Below are positions 44,466 to 53,054 of a stretch of DNA of 64,000 nt, piece by piece. This DNA comes from an uncultured Sphingomonas sp. GTDB lineage: Bacteria; Pseudomonadota; Alphaproteobacteria; Sphingomonadales; Sphingomonadaceae. Each line of letters starts with the position of its first letter. Within the stretch, counting starts at the first letter, position 1. Made by a program: the position numbers and the translations under genes. The stretch spans positions 175,095 through 239,094 of the forward strand of contig NZ_CAJYTI010000010.1 in assembly GCF_913777625.1 (NCBI RefSeq), given 5' to 3'. The notes below the pieces were generated by a model. That model was not told where the DNA came from, did not search any database, and saw only the letters and a list, made by a program, of their open reading frames with translations.

Positions 44466-45113
44466 TTAGTGGAGCAACAGGCTTTCCAACTCCGCCGCAA
44501 CTGCGTCGCGGCGCTGTTGCGCGTTCAGCGCCAGCCCGCCTTCGTCCCAGTTGATCAGCGCGTCGCCGAGCGCCAGCGTCGAATCCGGAGCGACGGTGAG
44601 GCTCAGCCTGCGGCGATCCCGGGACTGGCGGTCGGCAATCTTGGCCTCGATGTCGTCGACCAGATCGGGGTGGACGCGCACCTGCAGTTCGGTGCCGCGT
44701 GCCACCTGGCCCAGCACCCGGCCGATCGCGGCGTCGATCGCGTCGCCCGGTGCCCGCTGGATCGCCCGTGCGGCGATGTGGTCGGCCGCGGCAAGTGCCA
44801 CTTCGGTCGCCTCGCTGGTCACGCGCTCGGCAACCTCGCTGAACTGGGCGTCGATCACCTCGATGCCGGCGTGCAGCGCGTCGACCGCGCTCAGCAGCGC
44901 CACTTCGCGTTCGGCCCGCGCCTGGGCGAGCCCGGCCTCGAAGCCCTCGGCGCGCGCGCGATCAATCACCGCCTGCTGGTCCGCCTTGAGCAACGCAACT
45001 TCCGCGCGCAGCGCGGCGAGTTCGATCAGGGCATCCTCGTCGACCAGCTTCTTGTCGGACACGGGGGCGGAAAACACGCGGTCGAAGGCGAACCGCTCGA
45101 CATGGATGCTCAT
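44466..45113 (-). CDS. fliH: FliH/FlbE-family export regulator
   Basis: ERFAFDRVF N-terminus, ARAEGFEAG GxxxG repeat, LQVRVHP, WDEGG; downstream of fliG. Confidence 0.85.
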   Translation of the reverse strand: MSIHVERFAFDRVFSAPVSDKKLVDEDALIELAALRAEVALLKADQQAVIDRARAEGFEAGLAQARAEREVALLSAVDALHAGIEVIDAQFSEVAERVTSEATEVALAAADHIAARAIQRAPGDAIDAAIGRVLGQVARGTELQVRVHPDLVDDIEAKIADRQSRDRRRLSLTVAPDSTLALGDALINWDEGGLALNAQQRRDAVAAELESLLLH

Positions 45114-45126
45114 GCTGCCATGCTCC

Positions 45127-46167
45127 TCAGATAATCATCGCGTCGTCGGACTTGGGATCGACCAGCAGGATCTCGCCGCGATCGGCAAGGTCCTTGGCCA
45201 GGCGGACGAGGCTCGACTGCGCCTCTTCGCAATCCCGCGCGCGCACCGGCCCCATGCCGGCCATGTCCTCGCGCATCAGCTTGGCGGCGCGCTCGGTCAT
45301 CGCGTTGAAGAACATCTGCTTCAGCTGATCCGGGGCGCCCTTCAGCGCCAGCGCCATCTCGCGCTTGTCGGCATTGCGGACGATCGACGCGATCGCCGGC
45401 GGCAGCAGGTTGGCGAGATCCTCGAAGGTGAACATCAGCGCGCGGATCCGCTCGGCGCTCTCCGGCGCCTTGGCGTCGAGCGCGGTGAGCATCGCCTCCT
45501 CGGTCGAGCGGTCGAGCGAGTTGAACAGCTCGGCCATGCTCTCGTGCGGATCGCGCTTCTGCGAGCGGGAGAGGTTGGTCATGAACTCGGTCTTGAGCGA
45601 CTGCTCGACTTGGTTGATCACTTCCTTCTGCACCGTGTCCATCCGCAGCATGCGCATGATCACGTCCACGGCGAACTCGCGCGGCAGCTCTGCAAGCACG
45701 CGGGCGGCATGGTCGGGGCGCAGCTTCGACAGGATGACGGCGACGGTCTGCGGATATTCCTGCTTGAGCGCGCCAGCCAGCACCGTCTCGGAGACGTTGG
45801 ACAGCTTGTCCCACATCGTCCGGCCGGAGGGACCACGGATATCCTCCATGATCTCCTTCACCTTGTCGTTCGGCAGGATGCCGGCGAGCAGACGCTCGGT
45901 CGTCTCGTAGCTGCCATGGAGCGAGGCCATGCTGGCCACTTCGCCGGTGAACTGGACGAGCAGGAATTCCACGACCGTGCTGGGGATCCTGCCCAGCCCT
46001 GCGATCACCGAAGACAGCTCCTTGATCTCGTCGGTGGAGAGCTGGTCCCAGATCGGGGCGCCATGCTCCTTGCCGAGCGCAAGCATCAGCGCGGCCGCGC
46101 GCTGCGGTCCGGAGAATTTCTTCAGTTCGGGCGGTTCACCCACCGTGGCGACAGAAGCCATGCTCAT
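45127..46167 (-). CDS. fliG: Flagellar rotor protein
   Basis: GPQRAAALMLALG, MWDKL, EYPQTVAVILS, MFTFEDL, DMAGMGPVRARD. Confidence 0.96.
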   Translation of the reverse strand: MSMASVATVGEPPELKKFSGPQRAAALMLALGKEHGAPIWDQLSTDEIKELSSVIAGLGRIPSTVVEFLLVQFTGEVASMASLHGSYETTERLLAGILPNDKVKEIMEDIRGPSGRTMWDKLSNVSETVLAGALKQEYPQTVAVILSKLRPDHAARVLAELPREFAVDVIMRMLRMDTVQKEVINQVEQSLKTEFMTNLSRSQKRDPHESMAELFNSLDRSTEEAMLTALDAKAPESAERIRALMFTFEDLANLLPPAIASIVRNADKREMALALKGAPDQLKQMFFNAMTERAAKLMREDMAGMGPVRARDCEEAQSSLVRLAKDLADRGEILLVDPKSDDAMII

Positions 46168-46213
46168 CCCTGCAGAAAATGGTCCGCGCGCACCCGCAAG
46201 GCCGCGCTCTCCT

Positions 46214-46270
46214 CTATTATAGGATTGTTAGGGGAAGGGACGGATCGGATCATGGTTAATTATTCTTCAA
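46214..46270. promoter_or_regulatory. Divergent fliG/flaY control region: palindromic CTATTATAG plus CtrA-like box
   Basis: CTATTATAG 46214-46222; minus TTGA-N7-TTAAC 46255-46270. Confidence 0.55.
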
Positions 46271-49035
46271 ACCTAATCGGACTGAGTTTGTTGACCGGAC
46301 AGAATGCGTTCACGTCCGCGAACACCACCCCCGTCACGTTCGAGAGCAAAGCGGTGCGCACCGCGAAGGCGCAGTTCACGCTCGATCCGACCACCCCGCC
46401 CTGGAAGGACCCGGCGACCACGACTTCCGCGTCGTCGCAGCTGATTTCGATCCTCGCCGCACGCACCGTCGTCAACCAGCCGACCACGGACAGTGCCGGC
46501 AATCTGCTGCCGGACGACGTGAAGACCACGTTCACGTCGTACAAGGCGCTCGATCAGCTGCGTGTGCTGGCCGAGGCAGCGACCAACACCACGACCTCCG
46601 ATGCGCAGCGGGCGCAGTATCAGAAGGCCTTTTCGAAGGGGCTTGCCGATCTGCAGAAGTATCTGGCGACGGCGCCGTCGAACCAGGTGGACCTGGCGTT
46701 CGGCAAGCCGAGCACGACCGCGACGACAAGCCAGCTCCAGTCGGCAAGCCAGTATGAAACCCATGGCGCGCCGCTCGTCGCCAAGGGGGACGATCCGCTG
46801 CCGGGGCTTACCGGCAACGAGCAGTTCCAGATCACGCTCACCCGGCCCGGTCTCACGCAGAACTTCACCGTCGATCTGTCGCAAGGGCCGCAGCCGCCCA
46901 CGCTGGCGTCCGTTTCCGACGCATTGAACGCGCAGATCAAGTCGCAGCTCATCTACAACGATGACGGGACGGTGCGCACGGACGCCAAGGGCGATCCGGT
47001 CTCGCGCTGGTCGGCGCGGTTCCAGCCGGAATATGTCAACGGCAAATGGGGCCTGAAGCTCAGTACGCCGGACGGACTTGAACAGGTGAGTCTCAATCAG
47101 GTTGGCGCGAAGGATTCGCTGGTCGTCACCACCGGTCAGACCGCGCTTGATGCGCCGACCGCGACGCAGGTGTTCCGCCTCAACGATCCCGACGGCACCA
47201 GCAGCAGCGTGTCGATGGGCACGATCCAGGCGCTGGACCGCCAGGCGACCGCACAGAATGTCGCCGCCAACAAGACCACCACCGTCACCACCACGACCGT
47301 CGACATGGACGGCAAGGTCAAGACGAACAAGACGACGACCAGCAACGTCTATGCCAGCACCGATGCCGCCGCGGTGACGACGGACGGGCAGGGCTTCAGC
47401 TATGTCGTCGGCACCACCAAGGGCGACCTGGGCGCCAACCTCTCCGACGGCGACAACAATCTGTTCCTCACCAAGATGGACAGCACCGGGAAGGTGGTGT
47501 GGCAGCGCAACCTTGGCGCCGCCGGTGCCGCGACCGGGGCGGCGGTGTCGATCGCACCCGATGGCGGGATCGTCGTGGCCGGGACGGTGTCCGGCAATTT
47601 CAACGGCATCACCGCCGATGGCGACATGGTCGTCGCGAAATATGCGGCAAATGGCGACGAGCAATATTCGACCGTGGTCAGCTCGATCGGCACCGACAAG
47701 GCGCAGGCGATGACGATCGGCGCCGACGGATCCGTGTTCGTTGCCGGTCGAGCCGCCAACAAGGATGGCGGCGACGCGATGGTCGCGCGCATCGACCCGA
47801 ACGGCAAGTTTGCCGAGCGTCGCAGGATCGACAGCGGCGGCAGCGATACGATCAGCGGCCTCGCGGTCGACAAGGACGGCAACCTGCTTGCCCTCGTCTC
47901 GCAGAACGGGGCGTCCAGCGTAATGAAGATGCAGGCGGACTCGCTGTCGACCGATCTCGGCAGCATCAGCCTGGGCAGTGCCGATGCGCGCGCAATCGCG
48001 GTGGCCAGCGATGGCAGCATCGCGATCGGCGGCGCCACGGACAGTTCCATCCCCGGCGCCCAGGTAAACGGGACGAGCGGCGGCCGCGACGGCTTCGTCA
48101 CCCGGATCGATGCCGGCTTCACCTCCGCCAGCACCACCTATATCGGCACCAGCGCGGACGACCAGGTCGACAGCCTCGCCTTCATGAACGGCAAGCTCTA
48201 TGTCGGTGGCCGTACCACCGGTGATCTGGGCGCGACCAAGCGCGGCGCGGTGGACGGCTTTGTCAGCCGGCTCGACGCCGCGACCGGCACGATCGAGAGC
48301 ACCAATCAGTTTGGCCAGGCACTGCTGCGGACCGAGCCGGTGCGGGTGGCGGCGGACAGCGGTGGCGATACCGCAATCTCGGCACTCGGCTTCGGTCGCG
48401 GCACGATCAACCCTACCGTGTCGGACAAGGTGACGACGCAGACCACGCTGCGTCCCGGCGACTATTTCTCGATCAAGGCCGACGACTATGCCGTCCGCAA
48501 GGTGACGATCGAGAAGGGCGATACACTCAAGACGATCGCCGACCGAATCCAGGGCATGATCGGCGCCTCCAAGGGCACCGTGACGGCCACGTCCGTGAAT
48601 GGCGTCCAGTCGCTGCGGATCACGATGAAGGCGGGCCACGAACTCGAACTGCTTTCCGGCCAGGATGGCAGCGATGCGCTGTCCAAGCTCGGCATCGAGC
48701 CGCAGCGCATTTCCGCGGCGGCGACCGTGTCTGCTTCGGCTCCGAAGGTTCGGCCGGGCGGCAATTATGGCATGGATCTCTCCGACGCGCTGAGCCTGAC
48801 CTCGCTGGACAGTGCCAAGGTCGCGCTGGGCAAGATCAAAGATGCCATCTCGATGACCCAGACCGCCTATCGCTCTCTATATTGGGATGACAACAAGGCG
48901 ACGCTGGTCGACGGTACCAAGACCAATACCAAGACCGGCACCTCCTCGACCGCGGTCGAGCAGGCGCAGCTGAAAAATTACCAGGCGGCGCTGTCCCGGC
49001 TTTCGGGCGGCATCCCCGCCGGCACGGGGTTCTGA
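46252..49035 (+). CDS. flaY: FlaY/FlaEY-like beta-propeller flagellar protein (927 aa)
   Basis: Helical N-terminus, repeated DxxGxxYVxGxTxGxL propeller blades, flagellin-like C-terminal helices, end KNYQAALSRLSGG; no Sec signal; lies within the flagellar cluster. Call made from recall. Confidence 0.6.
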   Translation: MVNYSSNLIGLSLLTGQNAFTSANTTPVTFESKAVRTAKAQFTLDPTTPPWKDPATTTSASSQLISILAARTVVNQPTTDSAGNLLPDDVKTTFTSYKALDQLRVLAEAATNTTTSDAQRAQYQKAFSKGLADLQKYLATAPSNQVDLAFGKPSTTATTSQLQSASQYETHGAPLVAKGDDPLPGLTGNEQFQITLTRPGLTQNFTVDLSQGPQPPTLASVSDALNAQIKSQLIYNDDGTVRTDAKGDPVSRWSARFQPEYVNGKWGLKLSTPDGLEQVSLNQVGAKDSLVVTTGQTALDAPTATQVFRLNDPDGTSSSVSMGTIQALDRQATAQNVAANKTTTVTTTTVDMDGKVKTNKTTTSNVYASTDAAAVTTDGQGFSYVVGTTKGDLGANLSDGDNNLFLTKMDSTGKVVWQRNLGAAGAATGAAVSIAPDGGIVVAGTVSGNFNGITADGDMVVAKYAANGDEQYSTVVSSIGTDKAQAMTIGADGSVFVAGRAANKDGGDAMVARIDPNGKFAERRRIDSGGSDTISGLAVDKDGNLLALVSQNGASSVMKMQADSLSTDLGSISLGSADARAIAVASDGSIAIGGATDSSIPGAQVNGTSGGRDGFVTRIDAGFTSASTTYIGTSADDQVDSLAFMNGKLYVGGRTTGDLGATKRGAVDGFVSRLDAATGTIESTNQFGQALLRTEPVRVAADSGGDTAISALGFGRGTINPTVSDKVTTQTTLRPGDYFSIKADDYAVRKVTIEKGDTLKTIADRIQGMIGASKGTVTATSVNGVQSLRITMKAGHELELLSGQDGSDALSKLGIEPQRISAAATVSASAPKVRPGGNYGMDLSDALSLTSLDSAKVALGKIKDAISMTQTAYRSLYWDDNKATLVDGTKTNTKTGTSSTAVEQAQLKNYQAALSRLSGGIPAGTGF

Positions 49036-49038
49036 TCC

Positions 49039-49458
49039 ATGTCCGATATGCCCACGATTTTCTCCGCCATCCAGCTGCGCATGCAGAACCTGTCGCAGCG
49101 CCAGCAGGTGATCGCGCAGAACCTCGCAAACAGCGAAACGCCGGGCTACAAGTCCCGCGACGTCTCCGAACCGAATTTCGGTGACCTGCTGCAGGGGGCA
49201 GGGGGCATGAGCATTGCTCGTCCGCAGATCGAACTCACCGGCGCGATGAAGAATCTCGGCGCGACTCAGCCGGTGGGCAGCGGCCTCACGTTCGACAAGG
49301 ACGTGACCGAGACCAAGCCGGACGGCAACAACGTCACGCTCGAAGACCAGCTGCTCAAGATGGGCAAGGTCCAGGCCGATTTCAGCGCGATGACCAATAT
49401 CTACCGCAAGCAGATGCTGCTGCTGAAAACCGCGGTGGGCAAGGGCGGCGGCGGCTAA
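49039..49458 (+). CDS. flgB: Flagellar rod protein FlgB
   Basis: RQQVIAQNLANSETPGYKSRDV, KPDGNNVTLEDQ. Confidence 0.94.
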   Translation: MSDMPTIFSAIQLRMQNLSQRQQVIAQNLANSETPGYKSRDVSEPNFGDLLQGAGGMSIARPQIELTGAMKNLGATQPVGSGLTFDKDVTETKPDGNNVTLEDQLLKMGKVQADFSAMTNIYRKQMLLLKTAVGKGGGG

Positions 49459-49485
49459 GCCGATTCACTTTTTGAGCGATGACTG

Positions 49486-49516
49486 AGGGCCGCAACCGAT
49501 GGTGCGGCCCTTTTTT
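49486..49516 (+). terminator. Intrinsic terminator after flgB
   Basis: AGGGCCGCA...TGCGGCCCT followed by a T run. Confidence 0.85.
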
Positions 49517-49723
49517 CGTCGAGCGTCCGAGGGTCAGGCGGTGACGATGCGGATCGCGCAGCAGCGGCGCAGTGCCCCAGGCCGCCGCTTCCGCGACGCC
49601 GGCGAAACTCGGCTTCCCGTCGAACCCGGGCGCGACGGTATATTTTCTGTGCCGCATCCTTGCGATTCCGGCATGTTCCGTCTCAGCGGAGCGGCGGAAA
49701 GCACCGGAGGAGTGGTGCGCAAA

Positions 49724-49761
49724 CAAAGAAAAAGGGGCCGCGAGCGAACTCGCGACCCCTT
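49724..49761 (-). terminator. Intrinsic terminator of the PEP-CTERM gene
   Basis: Minus-strand AAGGGGTCGCGAG-TTCG-CTCGCGGCCCCTTTTT. Confidence 0.85.
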
Positions 49762-49782
49762 CGTCTTTCGACTGTCGATCGA

Positions 49783-50289
49783 TCAGGCGACCGCGACGCG
49801 CACGTTGCGGCGGCGACGGATCGACGCACCGGCCATGCCGAAGCCAGCGATCATCAGGCCCCACGCGGCCGGTTCCGGCACGGCGGCGAAGCTGTAGCTC
49901 GCCGAGTTCGACACCGGCGCGATGTTGCTGTTCGACGCGGTGAACGACACGTCGTACCAACCGGACTTGGTGACGAAGAAGTCATACAGCGTACCAGCGA
50001 CCGGCGACGCGATCGTCACGCCGTTGAACACCAGGTTGCTGAAGGTGATGCCCTTCTTGCCGGCGGTCAGGCTGATCTCGAAACCGCCAGCCTTCGGCAG
50101 CAGGATCGAGAACGACGACGTCGCGGTCTTGCCGCCGCCGACGAAGGCAGCGGCGCTGCCCGAGTTATCCTCGAACGTGCACGACGCCATCGTCGGGCAC
50201 AGGACCGTCGCGGCATTGGCCGCACCGGCAACGAACTGCGCGCCAGCGATGATCGCCGCACCAGCCAGCAAAGTCTTAAAACGCTTCAT
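49783..50289 (-). CDS. PEPxxWA-CTERM surface protein
   Basis: Signal peptide; C-terminal VPEPAAWGLMIAGFGMAGASIRRRR. Confidence 0.92.
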   Translation of the reverse strand: MKRFKTLLAGAAIIAGAQFVAGAANAATVLCPTMASCTFEDNSGSAAAFVGGGKTATSSFSILLPKAGGFEISLTAGKKGITFSNLVFNGVTIASPVAGTLYDFFVTKSGWYDVSFTASNSNIAPVSNSASYSFAAVPEPAAWGLMIAGFGMAGASIRRRRNVRVAVA

Positions 50290-50569
50290 GATACACACCT
50301 CCCTCAAGCCACATCCAGCCCTACGGGGTCACCCGGTATAAGCGGGCTAACACACCATCATTCCCATTCGAGCTGTCATCTTGTGTATAGCCTAACTCGC
50401 TTGTTTTACTAGATTTTAGTCAGATTCAGGTCATGCTGACAATAATCATGCAAATTCAGCAGGTTGGGATCGCCCTCTGGCGAATCCGAGGGGATTTGAT
50501 GCCCTGAAATGACACAGACTTTGTCGCACTGCAGCGTCAAAGCTGGTTAATGGCGAGTCGCTAAAGTCT

Positions 50570-50995
50570 TCATAATCTTGCATTTACAGAGATCGGCGCT
50601 GGGGCGTCGATGCCGCCCAGGCCGCCGCACGCGCTATAGGTGGTGCTGCGGCTGCCGGTCAGCCGTTGTGCTTCCGCAGCAATTGCGGCCATCATCTCCG
50701 CCGACAGCTCGATCTGGCGTGACAGGATGCGCGAGTTGACGAGCGACGCGTCCCGCAGCGCACGGCTGGCGTCGGACAGCGTCTCGCGCGCTTCGGGTTC
50801 CAGCGTGTCCAGCCAGTCGTCCGGATTTTCGCGCTTCAACCGCGCGATTTCCGCTTCGATCCGGCCGGCGAGGCGGAGCTTGGCGTTGGCAATCTCGCCC
50901 AGTTCGGGGATGTAGGGCGAGCGCGACAGGCGTTCGCTTTCCTCCTCCATCAGAGCGGTGAGGGATACCATCGCGTCAACGAGCTGGGTGATCAT
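50570..50995 (-). CDS. flgN: FlgN-like export chaperone
   Basis: Helical 141-aa protein (LMEEESERL...NSRIL...TTYSACG) after flgJ; position typical of flgN. Confidence 0.6.
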   Translation of the reverse strand: MITQLVDAMVSLTALMEEESERLSRSPYIPELGEIANAKLRLAGRIEAEIARLKRENPDDWLDTLEPEARETLSDASRALRDASLVNSRILSRQIELSAEMMAAIAAEAQRLTGSRSTTYSACGGLGGIDAPAPISVNARL

Positions 50996-51297
50996 TGCTG
51001 TCCTTGCTGAAGCTTGAGGATCTGGTCGAGTACGTGTGGTGCAAGTCCGATGCCGCCGCGGCGCGCCATTTCGGCACCAAGCTTTTCGGCGAGAACGCCG
51101 CGGAAGATCTCTTCCCCATTGCCGCCGCTGAACTGCTCGTCCTGCTGGACGCTCTGCAGCATCAGCTGGGTCATCTGGCCGAGAAAGACGCTTTCGAATT
51201 CCTGCGCGGTCTTGGCGTTCTTCGGATCGACCTTGGGCAACGGCTTGGCCGGCGTGGTCGCCGATGCAGCGGCGGGGAGGGGGGAGATGTCGGTCAT
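50992..51297 (-). CDS. flgJ: Rod-binding FlgJ (rod-cap domain only, no muramidase)
   Basis: AQEFESVFLGQM...FSGGNGEEIFRGVL...GGIGLA. Confidence 0.88.
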   Translation of the reverse strand: MTDISPLPAAASATTPAKPLPKVDPKNAKTAQEFESVFLGQMTQLMLQSVQQDEQFSGGNGEEIFRGVLAEKLGAEMARRGGIGLAPHVLDQILKLQQGQQ

Positions 51298-52403
51298 CAC
51301 TGCACCTCGATTTCGGCCTGGAGCGCACCGGCGGTCTTGATCGCCTGTAGGATGGTGATCAGGTCGCGCGGCGAGACGCCCAGGGTGTTGAGCCCGCTTA
51401 CCAGCGCCTTGAGCGACGGGCCGTTGATCACCGCCAGGCTGGCGCCGTTGCCATCGTTCACCTGCACCTGGGTCCGCGGGACCACCGTGGTCTGTCCGCC
51501 CTGCGAGAAGGGCTGGGGCTGCGACACCTGCGGCGCTTCGGTCACCGAGATGGTGAGCCCGCCCTGCGCGATCGCGACCGGGGTGATCCGCACGTCGCTG
51601 TTCATCACCACCGTGCCCGAGGCCTCGTTGATGACGACCTTGGCCGGCTGGTCCACCTTCACCTCGAGGTCGCCGACCTGGGTAACCAGATCGATCACCG
51701 ATCCGGCGAACTGGTTGGACGGGCGCACCTCGACGGTGGCCGGGTCGAGCATCTGCGCCGAGCCCGGATAGCGGCCGTTGATCGCCCGGGTGATGCGGTC
51801 CGCCGTGCTGAAATCGGGGTTCTTCAGCGCGAGCTTCAGGCTGTTCGCCGAGCGCAGCTGATAGGGCACTTCGCGTTCGACGATCGCGCCGCCGGCGATC
51901 CGCGCCGAGGTGGTGACGCCGCGGCTGACGCTGGCGGCGGCCCCCTGGCCCTTGAAGCCGGAGACCGCGACCGGCCCTTGCGCCACCGCGTAGATCTCGC
52001 CGTCCAGCGCGCGCAGCGACGAGGCGATCAGCGTACCGCCCTGCAGGCTGGTCGCGTCGCCAAGTGCGGACACCTGGACGTCGATCCGCGAGCCGGAGCG
52101 CGAGAAGGGCGGCATCGTCGCGGTGATCGAGACGGCGGCGACATTCTGCGTGCGCATCTGCGTGCCGCGAATGTTTACGCCCATCCGCTCGAGCATCGAC
52201 TGCATCGATTCCTCGGTGAAGGGCGCGTTGCGGATCCGGTCGCCGGTACCGGCGAGACCGACCACCAGGCCATAGCCTACCAGCTGGTTCTCGCGGACAT
52301 TCTCGACGTCGACAATGTCCTTGATCCGTGTCTGGGCCATCGCCTGGGGTGCGCCGACGAAGGCCAGCGCGAGCGCCAGGAACGATGCGGAGAGACGATA
52401 CAT
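51297..52403 (-). CDS. flgI: P-ring protein
   Basis: RIKDIVDVENVRENQLVGYGLVVGLAGTGD, GDATSLQGGTL, KTAGALQAEI. Confidence 0.97.
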   Translation of the reverse strand: MYRLSASFLALALAFVGAPQAMAQTRIKDIVDVENVRENQLVGYGLVVGLAGTGDRIRNAPFTEESMQSMLERMGVNIRGTQMRTQNVAAVSITATMPPFSRSGSRIDVQVSALGDATSLQGGTLIASSLRALDGEIYAVAQGPVAVSGFKGQGAAASVSRGVTTSARIAGGAIVEREVPYQLRSANSLKLALKNPDFSTADRITRAINGRYPGSAQMLDPATVEVRPSNQFAGSVIDLVTQVGDLEVKVDQPAKVVINEASGTVVMNSDVRITPVAIAQGGLTISVTEAPQVSQPQPFSQGGQTTVVPRTQVQVNDGNGASLAVINGPSLKALVSGLNTLGVSPRDLITILQAIKTAGALQAEIEVQ

Positions 52404-52441
52404 AAACCTCTCGGGCCAAGTGGAAAATTAACGCTACTCGT

Positions 52442-52450
52442 CTTATAGGA
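52442..52450 (-). promoter_or_regulatory. TYCTATAA -10-like motif
   Basis: Minus-strand TCCTATAAG 38 nt upstream of the flgI ATG. Confidence 0.55.
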
Positions 52451-52487
52451 AGAGGAGAGCCAACACGGCTTGAGAGGGCCTGATTTC

Positions 52488-52904
52488 GTGCGTATCGACA
52501 GCCTGTCACCGATCATGGCACGCAACCTGCTGGCGGCGCTGCCCAAATCGATGTCGGGCGCGGTTGTTTCGACCCAGGAAGCGGGCACGCAGCCGCAGCA
52601 GCCGCTCGCGGTGCCCGGCGCGGTTCCGGCTACCAGCGTACAAGCGCTGATCGCGATCGCGGTCAACAATCCGATCGCCGAGCGGCGCCGCAAGCAGGCG
52701 CGTGATGCCGAGCGGGGGATCGACGCGCTTGATCGCCTGCACAAGGAACTGGTGGCAGGCACCCCCAATGTCGCGCGGCTCCGCGAAATCGCGCAATGGT
52801 CGCAGGCGGTACCGACGCCTGAAGAGCCGACGCTGGCCCAGTTGATACGCGACATCGACCTGCGGGTGCGCGTCGAACTCGCCAAGCTGGACATCCAGGT
52901 CTAA
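52488..52904 (+). CDS. fliX: Flagellar assembly regulator FliX
   Basis: ERRRKQ...GIDALDRLHKELVAG...LIRDIDLRVRVELAKL; divergent from flgI as in Caulobacter. Confidence 0.8.
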   Translation: MRIDSLSPIMARNLLAALPKSMSGAVVSTQEAGTQPQQPLAVPGAVPATSVQALIAIAVNNPIAERRRKQARDAERGIDALDRLHKELVAGTPNVARLREIAQWSQAVPTPEEPTLAQLIRDIDLRVRVELAKLDIQV

Positions 52905-53023
52905 TCGTTCTCGCAGCGCGCCACTGATCTCCGTCGGCTGGATGTTCGAACCTGCATTGTCGTGCGGGTGAAATCGAGCGGACGTTCCCTAAATGAACCG
53001 CTATCCCGACTCGGTCTTCTTGG

Positions 53024-53039
53024 TTAACGTCTTGTTGAC
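53024..53039 (+). promoter_or_regulatory. CtrA-like box
   Basis: TTAA-CGTCTTG-TTGAC, one mismatch to TTAA-N7-TTAAC, 15 nt before the start codon. Confidence 0.4.
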
Positions 53040-53054
53040 AAGTGGGGAGATGCG

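Noticed and set aside
44551-46251. N-terminal half of the 1494-aa ORF in the track
   Set aside because: It is antisense to fliH and fliG; the real gene starts at ATG 46252 after a GGAAGGGA RBS and an intergenic promoter
49534-49674. Possible 46-aa minus-strand ORF (MPESQ...RRCCAIRIVTA) between flgB and the PEP-CTERM gene
   Set aside because: Weak RBS, lies just past a strong terminator, no recognisable motif; cannot be supported without expression data
52448-52462. Minus-strand TGGCTC-N5-TTCC upstream of flgI as a sigma54 promoter
   Set aside because: The invariant -12 GC is CC. It may be a decayed site, but it overlaps the TYCTATAA motif and is not repeated in register at most other promoters
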